From: an uncultured Planctomycetia bacterium
GTDB lineage: Bacteria > Omnitrophota > Gorgyraeia > Duberdicusellales > 4484-171
Direction: 5' to 3'
NCBI GenBank assembly: GCA_964536865.1
Contig: CAZHYN010000017.1
Span: 1 to 32,000, forward strand
Length of the DNA: 32,000 nt
Part shown: piece after piece, positions 20,338-29,263 of the stretch
Numbering within the stretch: position 1 is the stretch's first letter
How the letters are laid out: each line of letters begins with the position of its first letter
The notes under the pieces: model-generated
What the model was told of the DNA's origin: nothing
Seen by the model: only the letters and a program-made list of their open reading frames with translations
Databases searched by the model: none
Translations under genes and position numbers: made by a program

Positions 20338-23093
20338 ATTCTTTCCTCCTTTAAGACATTTAAACATTTACCACAAATGTAAGGGTATTTCTTGTCTATG
20401 CCAACATCCTCTCTGTAATTCCAACAACGAAGACACTTTTTACCTTTAGCTCTTTTAATTTCTATTTTCTCCTTACCTTCTGTTATCTCTACTTTAGAAA
20501 CGATAAAAACTTCTCTTAGAGTATCATCTAAGTCTTTGTAAAAGAGATACTTCTCATTGGGAAAGGTAAGTCTTACTTCTGCTTCTAGAGAACTGCCTAT
20601 AATCTGAGATTCTCTCTTTTTCTCTATTTCCTTAAGGACTACATCTCTCAAAGATAAGATTTTCTCCCACTTCTTCTCTAGCTCTTTATCTCGATAATGA
20701 GAAGAAACATCTTCTTTAAAATTATGAAGGTAGATAGAAACTTGCCTGTCTTCCTGATTTAAAAATACCTTGTGTGCTTCCTCAGCAGTAAAGCTTAAAA
20801 TAGGAGCAATCATCTTTATAAGGACTCTTAAAATGTAGTAGAGAACATTCTGCGCAGACTTCCTTTCCCTTGAATTCGGTGAATAAGTATATAGTCTGTC
20901 TTTTAAAATGTCAAGGTAAAAAGAACTAAGGTTAGTATTACAAAAGTTATAAACCTTTTGGCACACTTTATAAAAAGTGCAATTTTCATAATAAGCTAAA
21001 ACTTCTTCGAATACTGAAGAGGTGAAAGAAAGCATAAATCTATCCACATCTTTTAGTTGCGAGGGAGATAATTTATCTCGGAAAGGATCAAAATCATAGA
21101 GGTTACCTAAAAGAAATCTTATAGTATTTCTTACCTTCCGGTAGAACTCTATAAGCTGATTTAAAATTTCAGGAGAAATCCTTACATCTTCGGAATAATC
21201 GCTAGAGGCTACCCATAACCTTAAAATTTCTGCTCCATAGTGAGTAATTATCTCTTGGGGGGAGATAACATTCCCTAATGACTTAGACATCTTCCTCCCT
21301 TCCCCATCTACCACAAAACCGTGAGTAAGAACAGATTTAAAAGGAGCACACTCTACAGTTGCTTGAGAAGGAATAAGAGAAGCTTGAAACCATCCCCGAT
21401 GTTGATCACTTCCCTCCAAATACATCTCTGCAGGAAAAGAGAGATCGGGATTTGTCTTAAGTACTGCTAAGAAACTGGCTCCTGACTCAAACCAAACATC
21501 TAGGATATCCTCTTCTTTAACAAACTCTTTTGATTTGCATTTTGGACAAATAAAATTAGGGGGAAGAAAATTTTCAATCTCTATAGTGAACCAACTGTCA
21601 GAACCTTCATCTCTAAACACTTGACTGGCTATCTCAATTACTTTTTCATCTAAAACTACTTCTCCACAGTTTTGACACTTTACCGCTGGGATAGGAACTC
21701 CCCAAAGCCTTTGGCGAGAAAGGCACCAATCTGGACGAGTCTCAACCATTGCTTTCATCCTCTCTAAACCTGAGGGAGGAATCCATCTTACCTTCTCTAC
21801 TTCTTTAAGAACTCTTTGCCGAAGATTGGAATGGTCAATCTTTAAAAACCATTGGGAGGTAGCTCTAAAGATTATAGGATTTTTGCATCGCCAACAGTGA
21901 GGATAAGAGTGAGTAATCTTCTGATGAAGTAAAAGGTATTTTCTCTCTTTAAGTTTCTCTATCACCTTTAAACTTGCTTCTTCAATGCTTTTTCCTGCAA
22001 ATTCTCCTGCCTCTTTGGTAAATATTCCCTTTTCATTTACAGGCATTATTACTTGAAGGTTGTATCTTGGTACCAAAGAAAAATCCTCCTCACCATGCCC
22101 TGGAGCAATATGCACACAGCCACTTCCTTCTTCTCTGGAAACAAAATCTCCTAATACCACTAAAGATTCTCTATCAAAGAAAGGGTGCTCTAATTTTATA
22201 TATTCCAGTTCCTTACCTTCAAATTCCTTTAAGATTTTTAAAGAAACTTTCAATTTATTCTCCAAGGAGGAGATAAGATCCTTAGCTAAAACAACAAATT
22301 TATCCTCTAACTTAGCTAAAACGTAAGAAAAATTAGGGTGTACTGCCACAGCTACATTAGAAATCAAAGTCCAAGGAGTAGTAGTCCATACTAAAAAGTA
22401 GAGTTCCTTATAAGAAGAAAACAAAGGAATAAATTGTTTAACCTTGAAAAGAAGATATATAGAATGGGACTCCTTCTCTTGATATTCAACCTCTGCCTCT
22501 GCTAAAGCTGTTTCACACTTATAGCACCAGTTTACTGGTTTTAGCTTCCTATGGAGATAACCCATCTTTACCAGATCCCCTAAAAGCTTTATTACCCAGT
22601 ATTCATATTCTTTATCTAAAGTAAGGTAGGGGTGGGACCAATCGCTAAAACAACCCAGCCTTATAAAATCTTTCTTTTGTAGTTCTACAAATTTTAAGGC
22701 AAACTGAGCAGCTTTCTTACGAAAGTCTATAATATCCACATCATGTTTAGTTAATTTTAATTCCTTAAGTAACTGATGTTCTACAGGCAAACCGTGGCAA
22801 TCCCATCCACAAATAAAAGGGCAATCATAACCTTGCATAAATTTAAATTTTATTACTATATCTTTCAATACTTTGTTTAAAACATGTCCAATGTGAATTA
22901 ACCCATTGGCATAAGGAGGACCGTCATGAAGGACAAACTTAGGGTTCCCTTTATTTCTCTGGCGAAGTTTTTTATAGATATCGATCTCCTCCCAAAACCG
23001 AAGAATACGAGGTTCTAAAGAAGTAAGATTAGCCTTCATAGAGAAACTAGTCTTAGGAAGATTGAGATTCTCCTTATAATCTCTATCTTTCAT
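20334..23093 (-). CDS. ileS: Isoleucine--tRNA ligase
   Basis: 919-aa ORF with PPYANGLIHIGHVLN (HIGH region), KMSKSLGN, an editing domain, and a C-terminal zinc-binding CLRCW…CGKC. Confidence 0.99.
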   Translation of the reverse strand: MKDRDYKENLNLPKTSFSMKANLTSLEPRILRFWEEIDIYKKLRQRNKGNPKFVLHDGPPYANGLIHIGHVLNKVLKDIVIKFKFMQGYDCPFICGWDCHGLPVEHQLLKELKLTKHDVDIIDFRKKAAQFALKFVELQKKDFIRLGCFSDWSHPYLTLDKEYEYWVIKLLGDLVKMGYLHRKLKPVNWCYKCETALAEAEVEYQEKESHSIYLLFKVKQFIPLFSSYKELYFLVWTTTPWTLISNVAVAVHPNFSYVLAKLEDKFVVLAKDLISSLENKLKVSLKILKEFEGKELEYIKLEHPFFDRESLVVLGDFVSREEGSGCVHIAPGHGEEDFSLVPRYNLQVIMPVNEKGIFTKEAGEFAGKSIEEASLKVIEKLKERKYLLLHQKITHSYPHCWRCKNPIIFRATSQWFLKIDHSNLRQRVLKEVEKVRWIPPSGLERMKAMVETRPDWCLSRQRLWGVPIPAVKCQNCGEVVLDEKVIEIASQVFRDEGSDSWFTIEIENFLPPNFICPKCKSKEFVKEEDILDVWFESGASFLAVLKTNPDLSFPAEMYLEGSDQHRGWFQASLIPSQATVECAPFKSVLTHGFVVDGEGRKMSKSLGNVISPQEIITHYGAEILRLWVASSDYSEDVRISPEILNQLIEFYRKVRNTIRFLLGNLYDFDPFRDKLSPSQLKDVDRFMLSFTSSVFEEVLAYYENCTFYKVCQKVYNFCNTNLSSFYLDILKDRLYTYSPNSRERKSAQNVLYYILRVLIKMIAPILSFTAEEAHKVFLNQEDRQVSIYLHNFKEDVSSHYRDKELEKKWEKILSLRDVVLKEIEKKRESQIIGSSLEAEVRLTFPNEKYLFYKDLDDTLREVFIVSKVEITEGKEKIEIKRAKGKKCLRCWNYREDVGIDKKYPYICGKCLNVLKEERI

Positions 23094-23102
23094 GTTATTG
23101 GA

Positions 23103-23960
23103 TTATATATACTTACCTATTATTGGCTTGAGAGCCAATTTCTTTTTAGGAGGTATAGCTTCTTTAGGAGTAACGATTGCATCTTTTAAAGCTTGCTTAC
23201 AGTTACACTCTCTTTCCTTCTCTATTAAAGGAACAACTTCTTTCAAAATTTTCTTAGCATTCTCTACATTCTTAAAAAGGTTATCTATAACCATCTGAGC
23301 AGTAACACTATTGTGAGAAGGATGCCAGCAGTCATAGTCAGTAACTGCTGCTAAAGTTGCATAGCAGATTTCTGCTTCCCGTGCTAACCTTGCCTCAGCC
23401 ATGTTGGTCATCCCAATAATATCCATCCCCCAACTACGGTAAAGATTCGATTCTGCTAAAGTAGAAAACTGAGGTCCTTCCATGTTAAGATAGACACCTC
23501 CATAATGAAGTTTAACCCCGACCTTCTTGGCGCCTTCTTTTAGTTTCTTTGCTAAAGATTCACATACAGGATGAGCAAAACTTATATGAACAACTACCCC
23601 TTCGTCAAAAAAAGTATACTTGCGTGCTTGGTTGGTTCTGTCTACAAATTGAAGGGGAACAACAAAATCCAAAGGCTGAATATGTTCCTTTAGAGATCCA
23701 CAAGCACTCACAGAAATTATCCAGCCTACTCCTAGTTTCTTCATTCCATAAATATTAGCACGGTAATTTATAGAGGAAGGAGAAATTTTGTGGCCTTTTC
23801 CATGACGGGGCAGAAAAACCACCTCTCTTCCTTGAAATTCTGCCAGAATAAACTTATCTGACGGTTTACCAAAAGGAGTAACTAAACTGATTTCTCTTTT
23901 TCTCTTTAGTCCCTCTAATTTATACAATCCACTTCCTCCAATTATTCCAACTCTTTCCAT
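23103..23960 (-). CDS. mtnP: S-methyl-5'-thioadenosine phosphorylase
   Basis: 285-aa ORF with GIIGGSGLY, FLPRHG.GH, INYRANI, GPQFST.AES and MT..PEA-like (GMTNMAEARLAREAE). Confidence 0.9.
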   Translation of the reverse strand: MERVGIIGGSGLYKLEGLKRKREISLVTPFGKPSDKFILAEFQGREVVFLPRHGKGHKISPSSINYRANIYGMKKLGVGWIISVSACGSLKEHIQPLDFVVPLQFVDRTNQARKYTFFDEGVVVHISFAHPVCESLAKKLKEGAKKVGVKLHYGGVYLNMEGPQFSTLAESNLYRSWGMDIIGMTNMAEARLAREAEICYATLAAVTDYDCWHPSHNSVTAQMVIDNLFKNVENAKKILKEVVPLIEKERECNCKQALKDAIVTPKEAIPPKKKLALKPIIGKYI

Positions 23961-24791
23961 TTAACTCTCCTTAATCACCTTTATTGCTTTGAAGATAAAC
24001 CATGTATAGATTAGAGAATAAAAAAACCAGAATAAAGGAATCTTTACTCCTATTAAATCATTCGCTAGTCCTAAGAAAGTAGGAGGCACGATAGCATACA
24101 CTCCTACATTTAAGAGTTCCCTATAGTTAAGAGGTGCCTTTAAATTATTGTTTATTAAGGAAGAAATCAAACTAAAAATCAAAATATGTAAAGGCTTACT
24201 CATTCCGTACCAAGACAAAAAATAGAAAAACACCAGAGGATAAAGGAATGGCGATATTTTTTTTGAGAAATTTCTAACCGATTCCGAAGTTATAAAAAAT
24301 GACCTATTTTGAGTAATAACTTCTATCCCTTTAAGAGTAGGCGATACTTTTAAGTAGTTAACATTGGTTAGATTATATGACTTAATATCCGCCCCCCCAG
24401 GTTTGCTAATCTTTAAGAAGAACCGTTTCTTAGCAAGAACTCCTGCATTAGGATACTGGTGTAAGAAAAAACCCGTCTTTTCTTTGGTAGGTTCTATAAC
24501 AAAGACAAAATTGTTATCCCATTTTTTAATATAGGTAGTTCTGGGAGAGACAACTTCTCCTTTTTTAATCTCTATCTCAGGAAGATCGGAAGCAAGATCC
24601 TTTAGATTCTTCTCTATCCAGGAAATCGCAACAGGTAGTCTCTTTTTTATTATTATCGTAGCCTTGAAGGAAATTATCGCACTTATGATAACTATAAATA
24701 GAATCAGAAAAAAAATACTTTTTCTTAAGGACTGATAGGCTATCTTCTTATAGAATTGTGGAGAAAAACTTTCTATCAGTTCTTTTAGCAT
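23961..24791 (-). CDS. Integral membrane protein, DUF1189-like
   Basis: 276-aa ORF with an N-terminal amphipathic segment plus a transmembrane segment (…SLRKSIFFLILFIVIISAII), a soluble middle region, and 3-4 C-terminal transmembrane segments. The layout resembles the DUF1189 family. Assignment is by resemblance only. Confidence 0.55.
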   Translation of the reverse strand: MLKELIESFSPQFYKKIAYQSLRKSIFFLILFIVIISAIISFKATIIIKKRLPVAISWIEKNLKDLASDLPEIEIKKGEVVSPRTTYIKKWDNNFVFVIEPTKEKTGFFLHQYPNAGVLAKKRFFLKISKPGGADIKSYNLTNVNYLKVSPTLKGIEVITQNRSFFITSESVRNFSKKISPFLYPLVFFYFLSWYGMSKPLHILIFSLISSLINNNLKAPLNYRELLNVGVYAIVPPTFLGLANDLIGVKIPLFWFFYSLIYTWFIFKAIKVIKES

Positions 24792-24792
24792 T

Positions 24793-25590
24793 TCAACTCT
24801 TAAGACTTAACTGCTTTGCTCTTAGGTAAGCCTTCCTTACTCCTTTCTGAATTAATTTTTCAAGATTACAACTTTTCCAGAAATTTATTGCTGCTTCAGT
24901 AGTTCCTTTAGGAGAAGCAACCTTCTTTATCCAGAACGAAAAATCCTCTTTGCTATCTTTAATAATACTAACCGCTCCCCAAAATGTCTTTATTACCATC
25001 TCCTTAGCCACGCTTTTACTGAATCCCAAAGACAAGGCAACTCTATATATACTATTCATAAAATAGTAAACGTAACCAGGACCGCTACCAGAAATAGCGG
25101 TGACTTTATCCAAAAACTCCTCTCTAGTTACAACTACATCTCCTATACATTTAAAAATCTCTTCTACTATCTTTACATCTTGTGGAATAACGTATCTTCC
25201 CTTGGAGATAAAAGAAATAGATTCTCTTTTTTTAGCAGCTAAATTAGGCATAACTCTAACGATTCTCACTTTGGGAATCTTATCTTCAAAAAACCGTGTA
25301 GAAACCCCTGCTGCTATAGAAATCAGGAGGGGATTATAAGTTAAGATAGCTTCTCTTATCTCATCTACAAGAAAGGATATATTTTGAGGTTTAACAGCAA
25401 TGATAACCAAGGGAGAATTTTTAATTAACTCTCTTGCGTTGGAAGATAGAAGAATTTTCTTTATCCCCTTTAATCTCTTTTTTTCTTTATCATAAATGAG
25501 CACTTTCCATCCTTTGTTCTTTAGACCTTCCCCTAAAGCAGTTCCCATATTCCCAAATCCAATTATACCTACAATCTTTTCTTTCTTCAT
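24793..25590 (-). CDS. proC: Pyrroline-5-carboxylate reductase
   Basis: 265-aa ORF with IGFGNMG (NADP fold), VKPQ, RVMPN, SGSGPGY and SPKGTTEA. Confidence 0.92.
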   Translation of the reverse strand: MKKEKIVGIIGFGNMGTALGEGLKNKGWKVLIYDKEKKRLKGIKKILLSSNARELIKNSPLVIIAVKPQNISFLVDEIREAILTYNPLLISIAAGVSTRFFEDKIPKVRIVRVMPNLAAKKRESISFISKGRYVIPQDVKIVEEIFKCIGDVVVTREEFLDKVTAISGSGPGYVYYFMNSIYRVALSLGFSKSVAKEMVIKTFWGAVSIIKDSKEDFSFWIKKVASPKGTTEAAINFWKSCNLEKLIQKGVRKAYLRAKQLSLKS

Positions 25591-25601
25591 AAAGTCCGTT
25601 T

Positions 25602-25630
25602 AAAATAACACAAAAATACCCTTCTGTCAA
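25602..25630 (-). promoter_or_regulatory. Promoter candidate for proC (extended -10)
   Basis: On the minus strand, TTGACA (25630..25625), a 17-nt spacer ending in TGT, then TATTTT (25607..25602). The -10 ends only 11 nt before ATG 25590, and no Shine-Dalgarno sequence lies between them. Confidence 0.4.
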
Positions 25631-25649
25631 TATAGCTAATTTTAGAAAA

Positions 25650-25691
25650 TAACAAAAAGATTGTTCCTCAATAAGCTTCTCTAAGGAACAA
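25650..25691 (-). terminator. Rho-independent terminator candidate downstream of the pncB-pncA fusion gene
   Basis: The minus strand reads TTGTTCCT-(15-nt loop)-AGGAACAA followed by TCTTTTTGTTATTTT. The stem is only 8 bp and the loop is large. Confidence 0.5.
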
Positions 25692-25814
25692 TGGAGCAGA
25701 AACCTCTTAAACCAATCCTAGATAAAACTTTCACAATAAAAAATGAAGAGATATACACTAATAGTTAGTTTTGATTTTTAAGAGCTTAGAAAGCAAAATA
25801 TTGGAAAGGGTCTT

Positions 25815-27785
25815 TCACCTCACAGACCTTAAATCAGTGATTAACCTTTTTGTTGTAATAAATTCTACTCCTCTTTTCTTCCATAAAGAAAATAATTTAT
25901 CTCTTTCTTTTTTAGAGATTTCTTTTACTCCATCCTCTACTATAATTACTTTAAAATCATTCTTCAACAGCCCTTCCACTGCTTCCTTCACACAGTATTC
26001 AGTCACTACTCCATATACTACTACTTTCTCAGGAAATATAGCCTCTATAAGGTTTAATGTGTTAGGGTTAGAAAATAGATTAAGAATGTTCTTTTCCAGA
26101 ATGATTTGAGGATAACAGTCCTTTATTTTTCTTAACTCCTGATAAGAGTATATCTTCTTAACGGAAAGAGTCTTATACTTCTTTAGAATAGTTTCTTTAA
26201 TTTTTCTATGTCCTTTGGTATTTTTTATGCAATGTGGGGGGAACTCTTTAAATTCAGGATCGTCTTTTCGATGAGTATCTTGGGAAGAGATAATAAGAAT
26301 CTTATTTTGAAAAGCAAACTTAGTGAGCAGATTTAAATTATTTATTATTTTTTCCCCTCCTGGAACATAAAGAGCACCTTTTCTCTCCAAGAAATCTACT
26401 TGAGTATCGATATCTAAAAAAACTATCTTTCCCTCAATCCTCTTTCTTATCTGTTCCGTTAAACTAGTAGTTAACTTATGTAATTTCTTTGTAATCTTTA
26501 CTGGATAGATATCAGAAGAATCGATGTCCTTCAGATAACTAGGAAAAGAAGAAAGCTTTTGAAGAAAAATTTTTTTCTTTTCTTCAAGATTTCTTTCCTG
26601 ATAGAGTCTCTTTCCTTTCTCCATCACTTTTCTAAGAAGCTTATTACCCTTAAGATTCTCTTTATCTAATCCTAACCAGTCACTAACCATTTTCCCTTCT
26701 TTATCGAATTCTCTAAACACCTGCTTTCGTCCAGGATAAGTAGTTTTACCCTCGCTGAGTTTCATAGTAGGAATGAAATCTGCTCCTCTTTCTTTTATCT
26801 CTACCAATTTGTAGATAACATCAGTAAAAGGTAAATCAGAAGAACACCCCATATTTGTCCCTACTCCAAAAGCATCAATAGGAGATTTTTCTTCTACTAA
26901 CTTCTTTATTTTATATTCATCAAGATTCCCTGAAGCAAATATTATTACATCAATGAAACCTTCTTTATCTAACAGTTCTCTGAGATAACGGGCATCTTTT
27001 CCTAAGTCACCACTATCCAGACGTATTCCTACTAAATCTATCCCTCTCCTTTTTAAAAACTTAGCTACCCTTATTGCGGAAAGAGCTCCTCTCTTTACAT
27101 CGTAAGTATCTATAAGGAGGACTGTTTTTGCAGGGAATTCTTTAGCGAAATTTAAAAAACTCTCTACCTCCCGGTCAAAACTCATCACATAAGAATGAGC
27201 CATGGTCCCTACTACAGGAATCTTGTAAATTTTACCAGCTAAACAAAAAGATGTACCTTTAACCCCTACCATATAAGAATATTTAGCACAAGCTAAAGCA
27301 CCTTCTATTCCCTGGGTACGCCGCAAAGAAAAATCGTAAACTCCTTTACCCTTAGCTGACAAAACTACTCTTGCTGCTTTGGTTGCTAGAGTTGTAGCTA
27401 GATTTATCTTATTGAGAAGAATACTCTCTACTATTTGAGCTTCGATTATATTAGCTGTAACCCGTAAAATAGGCTCAGAGGCAAAAATTATCTCTGGTTC
27501 AGAAACAGCCCATACCGTCCCTTTAAACCGAAAGCCTTCTAAATATTTAAGAAAGGCATCATCAAACATTCCTAAACTTTTAAGGTAATCTATATCTGCC
27601 TGGGTAAACTTAAGATTTTCCAAAGCTTGAAGTGCTTCATCTATACCACAGGCTACATAAAACGTTCTTCGGGGAGAACGGATAAAAAGATCAAAAGTGG
27701 CTTGAGTATTCCTCTTATACTTAAAATACACTTGTCCCATAGTAAGTTGATAGAGATCCACTACTAAATTGTAATTATTCACCAA
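25815..27785 (-). CDS. Fusion protein: nicotinate phosphoribosyltransferase (N-terminal about 450 aa) plus nicotinamidase/isochorismatase-fold domain (C-terminal about 200 aa)
   Basis: 656-aa ORF. The N-terminal part has DLYQLTMGQ, GTMAHSYV, IDTYD, IRLDSGD and FGVGT, which are NAPRTase motifs. The C-terminal part has IVFLDIDTQVDF, QDTH…FPPHCIKNTKGH, ILEK and VYGVVTEYCV, the nicotinamidase Asp/Lys/Cys triad and metal-ligand context. The start is TTG 27785 or GTG 27782, preceded by GGGAGGTG. Confidence 0.85.
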   Translation of the reverse strand: MVNNYNLVVDLYQLTMGQVYFKYKRNTQATFDLFIRSPRRTFYVACGIDEALQALENLKFTQADIDYLKSLGMFDDAFLKYLEGFRFKGTVWAVSEPEIIFASEPILRVTANIIEAQIVESILLNKINLATTLATKAARVVLSAKGKGVYDFSLRRTQGIEGALACAKYSYMVGVKGTSFCLAGKIYKIPVVGTMAHSYVMSFDREVESFLNFAKEFPAKTVLLIDTYDVKRGALSAIRVAKFLKRRGIDLVGIRLDSGDLGKDARYLRELLDKEGFIDVIIFASGNLDEYKIKKLVEEKSPIDAFGVGTNMGCSSDLPFTDVIYKLVEIKERGADFIPTMKLSEGKTTYPGRKQVFREFDKEGKMVSDWLGLDKENLKGNKLLRKVMEKGKRLYQERNLEEKKKIFLQKLSSFPSYLKDIDSSDIYPVKITKKLHKLTTSLTEQIRKRIEGKIVFLDIDTQVDFLERKGALYVPGGEKIINNLNLLTKFAFQNKILIISSQDTHRKDDPEFKEFPPHCIKNTKGHRKIKETILKKYKTLSVKKIYSYQELRKIKDCYPQIILEKNILNLFSNPNTLNLIEAIFPEKVVVYGVVTEYCVKEAVEGLLKNDFKVIIVEDGVKEISKKERDKLFSLWKKRGVEFITTKRLITDLRSVR

Positions 27786-27843
27786 ACACCTCCCTTAGAA
27801 GATTACTACTAAATGTATAAGTTCTGTAAACCTCTTCCTTCCG

Positions 27844-28484
27844 CTAAAATACACTTAAGCATTTTTTAATTATTATAAGCCAATCTTCTATTTTTGGCAA
27901 TTTAGAAATCAAAGAGCCAAAGGTACCCAATATTAAAGGAATAACTCCGTAACCTAGGGAAAAGAAAAAAAGATTTACTACTCCATAGAGGACATTCCTC
28001 TTCAAAGAAATTATCTCTAAGATGCTCCCTACTACAGGAAAAATGCAAGAGGTGACAGCAATCCCACTTACTATTCCTGCTAGAAATACAGAAAAAAGGG
28101 AACCACCCTTTTTAAGATTCAATTTAAAATTAAAAGTAGGAAGCATTATCAAATCCCAAGAGTAAAGAAAAGAAGAAATATCCCTAAAATTGTGTATGAT
28201 AATGGATTAACTATCAATTTGCCTAAAAAACTCCTAAGCTCGCTGAAACTACTCCCAAGCAAGTATAGAAGGTAGCAATCCCTAAAACGAAGATAAAACT
28301 TATAAAGAAACCCTTAGATTTAGAAAATAGAGCATAGACACCAATAATACCTAGAGTGATAGGAATAAGGAGATAAACACAGGGAGAAAGACTATTTAAC
28401 GCCCCACCAAAAAAAGAGATAACTACTCCTAAGTAAAAGTGGTAAGAAAAAGCACTCTAATTTCTGAATTAGCCCTTCAACCAC
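27844..28484 (-). pseudogene. ccdA: Cytochrome c-type biogenesis/thiol-disulfide transporter CcdA (DsbD family) gene, split over four frame segments
   Basis: GTG 28484 is preceded by AAGGAGA. The segments read MVEGLIQKLECF…, then …YLGVVISFFGGALNSLSPCVYLLIPITLGIIGVYALFSKSKGFFISFIFVLGIATFYTCLGVVSASLGVF*, then GKLIVNPLSYTILGIFLLFFTLGI*, then the listed 102-aa ORF (…GGSLFSVFLAGIVSGIAVTSCIFPVVGSIL…). Both CcdA signature cysteines are present. The frame junctions coincide with + strand A runs at 28447-28451, 28225-28230 and 28151-28153. Confidence 0.7.
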
Positions 28485-28787
28485 CTGTCTCCTTAATAAG
28501 CCAGTTCAAATACTTTCTGTCTATCCTATCGATATGAAAGGCAACTATCTCAGGAACTCGATAGGGATGATTTTCGGCAATCACCTTCTTTAACTTACTA
28601 AACAGACCTCTCTTGTTTTTATTATCAGAAGTGTCTCCTTAGCCTTATCAATATCTTCCTTCCACCAGAAGTAGGAATCCACTCCCTTTATTATATTGAT
28701 ACATGCTCCTAATCGCTTAGTAAGGATTAATTTAGCTAAAGAGGTAGCTTTACTTTGAGGGACAGTAACTAAAACAAAAATGGCCAT
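28477..28787 (-). pseudogene. cutA: Divalent-cation tolerance protein CutA gene with one frameshift
   Basis: The listed 65-aa ORF (…LAKLILTKRLGACINIIKGVDSYFWWKEDI…LLIIKT) is the CutA N-terminal two thirds. The C-terminus (GLFSKLKKVIAENHPYRVPEIVAFHIDRIDRKYLNWLIKETGG*) continues in another frame to TGA 28479..28477. The junction is at the T5 run 28616-28620 (+ strand). The stop overlaps the ccdA GTG (GTGGTTGA). Confidence 0.7.
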
Positions 28788-28789
28788 TA

Positions 28790-29263
28790 TTAACCCCTTA
28801 CCTTCCTAAGGAGCCTAACGAATCTTTTGGCAAAACGTAAACAATTACTCCTACATCGGGAATCAACATCTCCTATCCCTACTGGTCCATAATGATCACC
28901 TTTAGAATCTCCCTGGATAATCATCCCATGAATAAGCATAGCTTCTAAGATAGCTAACACGGTAGTTTCATTGCCCCCACCAATATTAGCACTGGAAGAA
29001 AAAGCACCTCCTACTTTCCCATCAAGCCTACCGTGAAACTCTACTGTCTCATCAAAGAGTTTCTTTACTTCGAAGCTCATACTTCCATAGTAGGTAGGAG
29101 AACCAACAATTATTCCATCATAATCTAAAAGTTCTTTAGGAGATAACTCTCCTAAAGAAGCTAATTTAACTGGGACTCCTTCCTCAGAGATTGCCTGGGA
29201 AATAACTTCTGCCATCTTTTTTGTTGTGCCTCCTCGAGAATAGTAGATAACCAATACCTTCAT
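28790..29263 (-). CDS. Flavodoxin-like fold FMN-dependent NAD(P)H oxidoreductase (WrbA-like)
   Basis: 157-aa ORF with MKVLVIYYSRGGTTKKMA (FMN phosphate-binding loop), GSPTYYGSM and GGNETT. Confidence 0.8.
   Translation of the reverse strand: MKVLVIYYSRGGTTKKMAEVISQAISEEGVPVKLASLGELSPKELLDYDGIIVGSPTYYGSMSFEVKKLFDETVEFHGRLDGKVGGAFSSSANIGGGNETTVLAILEAMLIHGMIIQGDSKGDHYGPVGIGDVDSRCRSNCLRFAKRFVRLLRKVRG

Noticed and set aside
27782-27785. Ambiguity over the start codon of the pncB-pncA fusion gene (TTG 27785 or GTG 27782). The same applies to the kinase (TTG 2691 or ATG 2688).
   Set aside because: Spacing to the GGAGG-like site slightly favours the downstream codon in both cases, but sequence alone cannot resolve the difference. 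It does not affect the functional calls.
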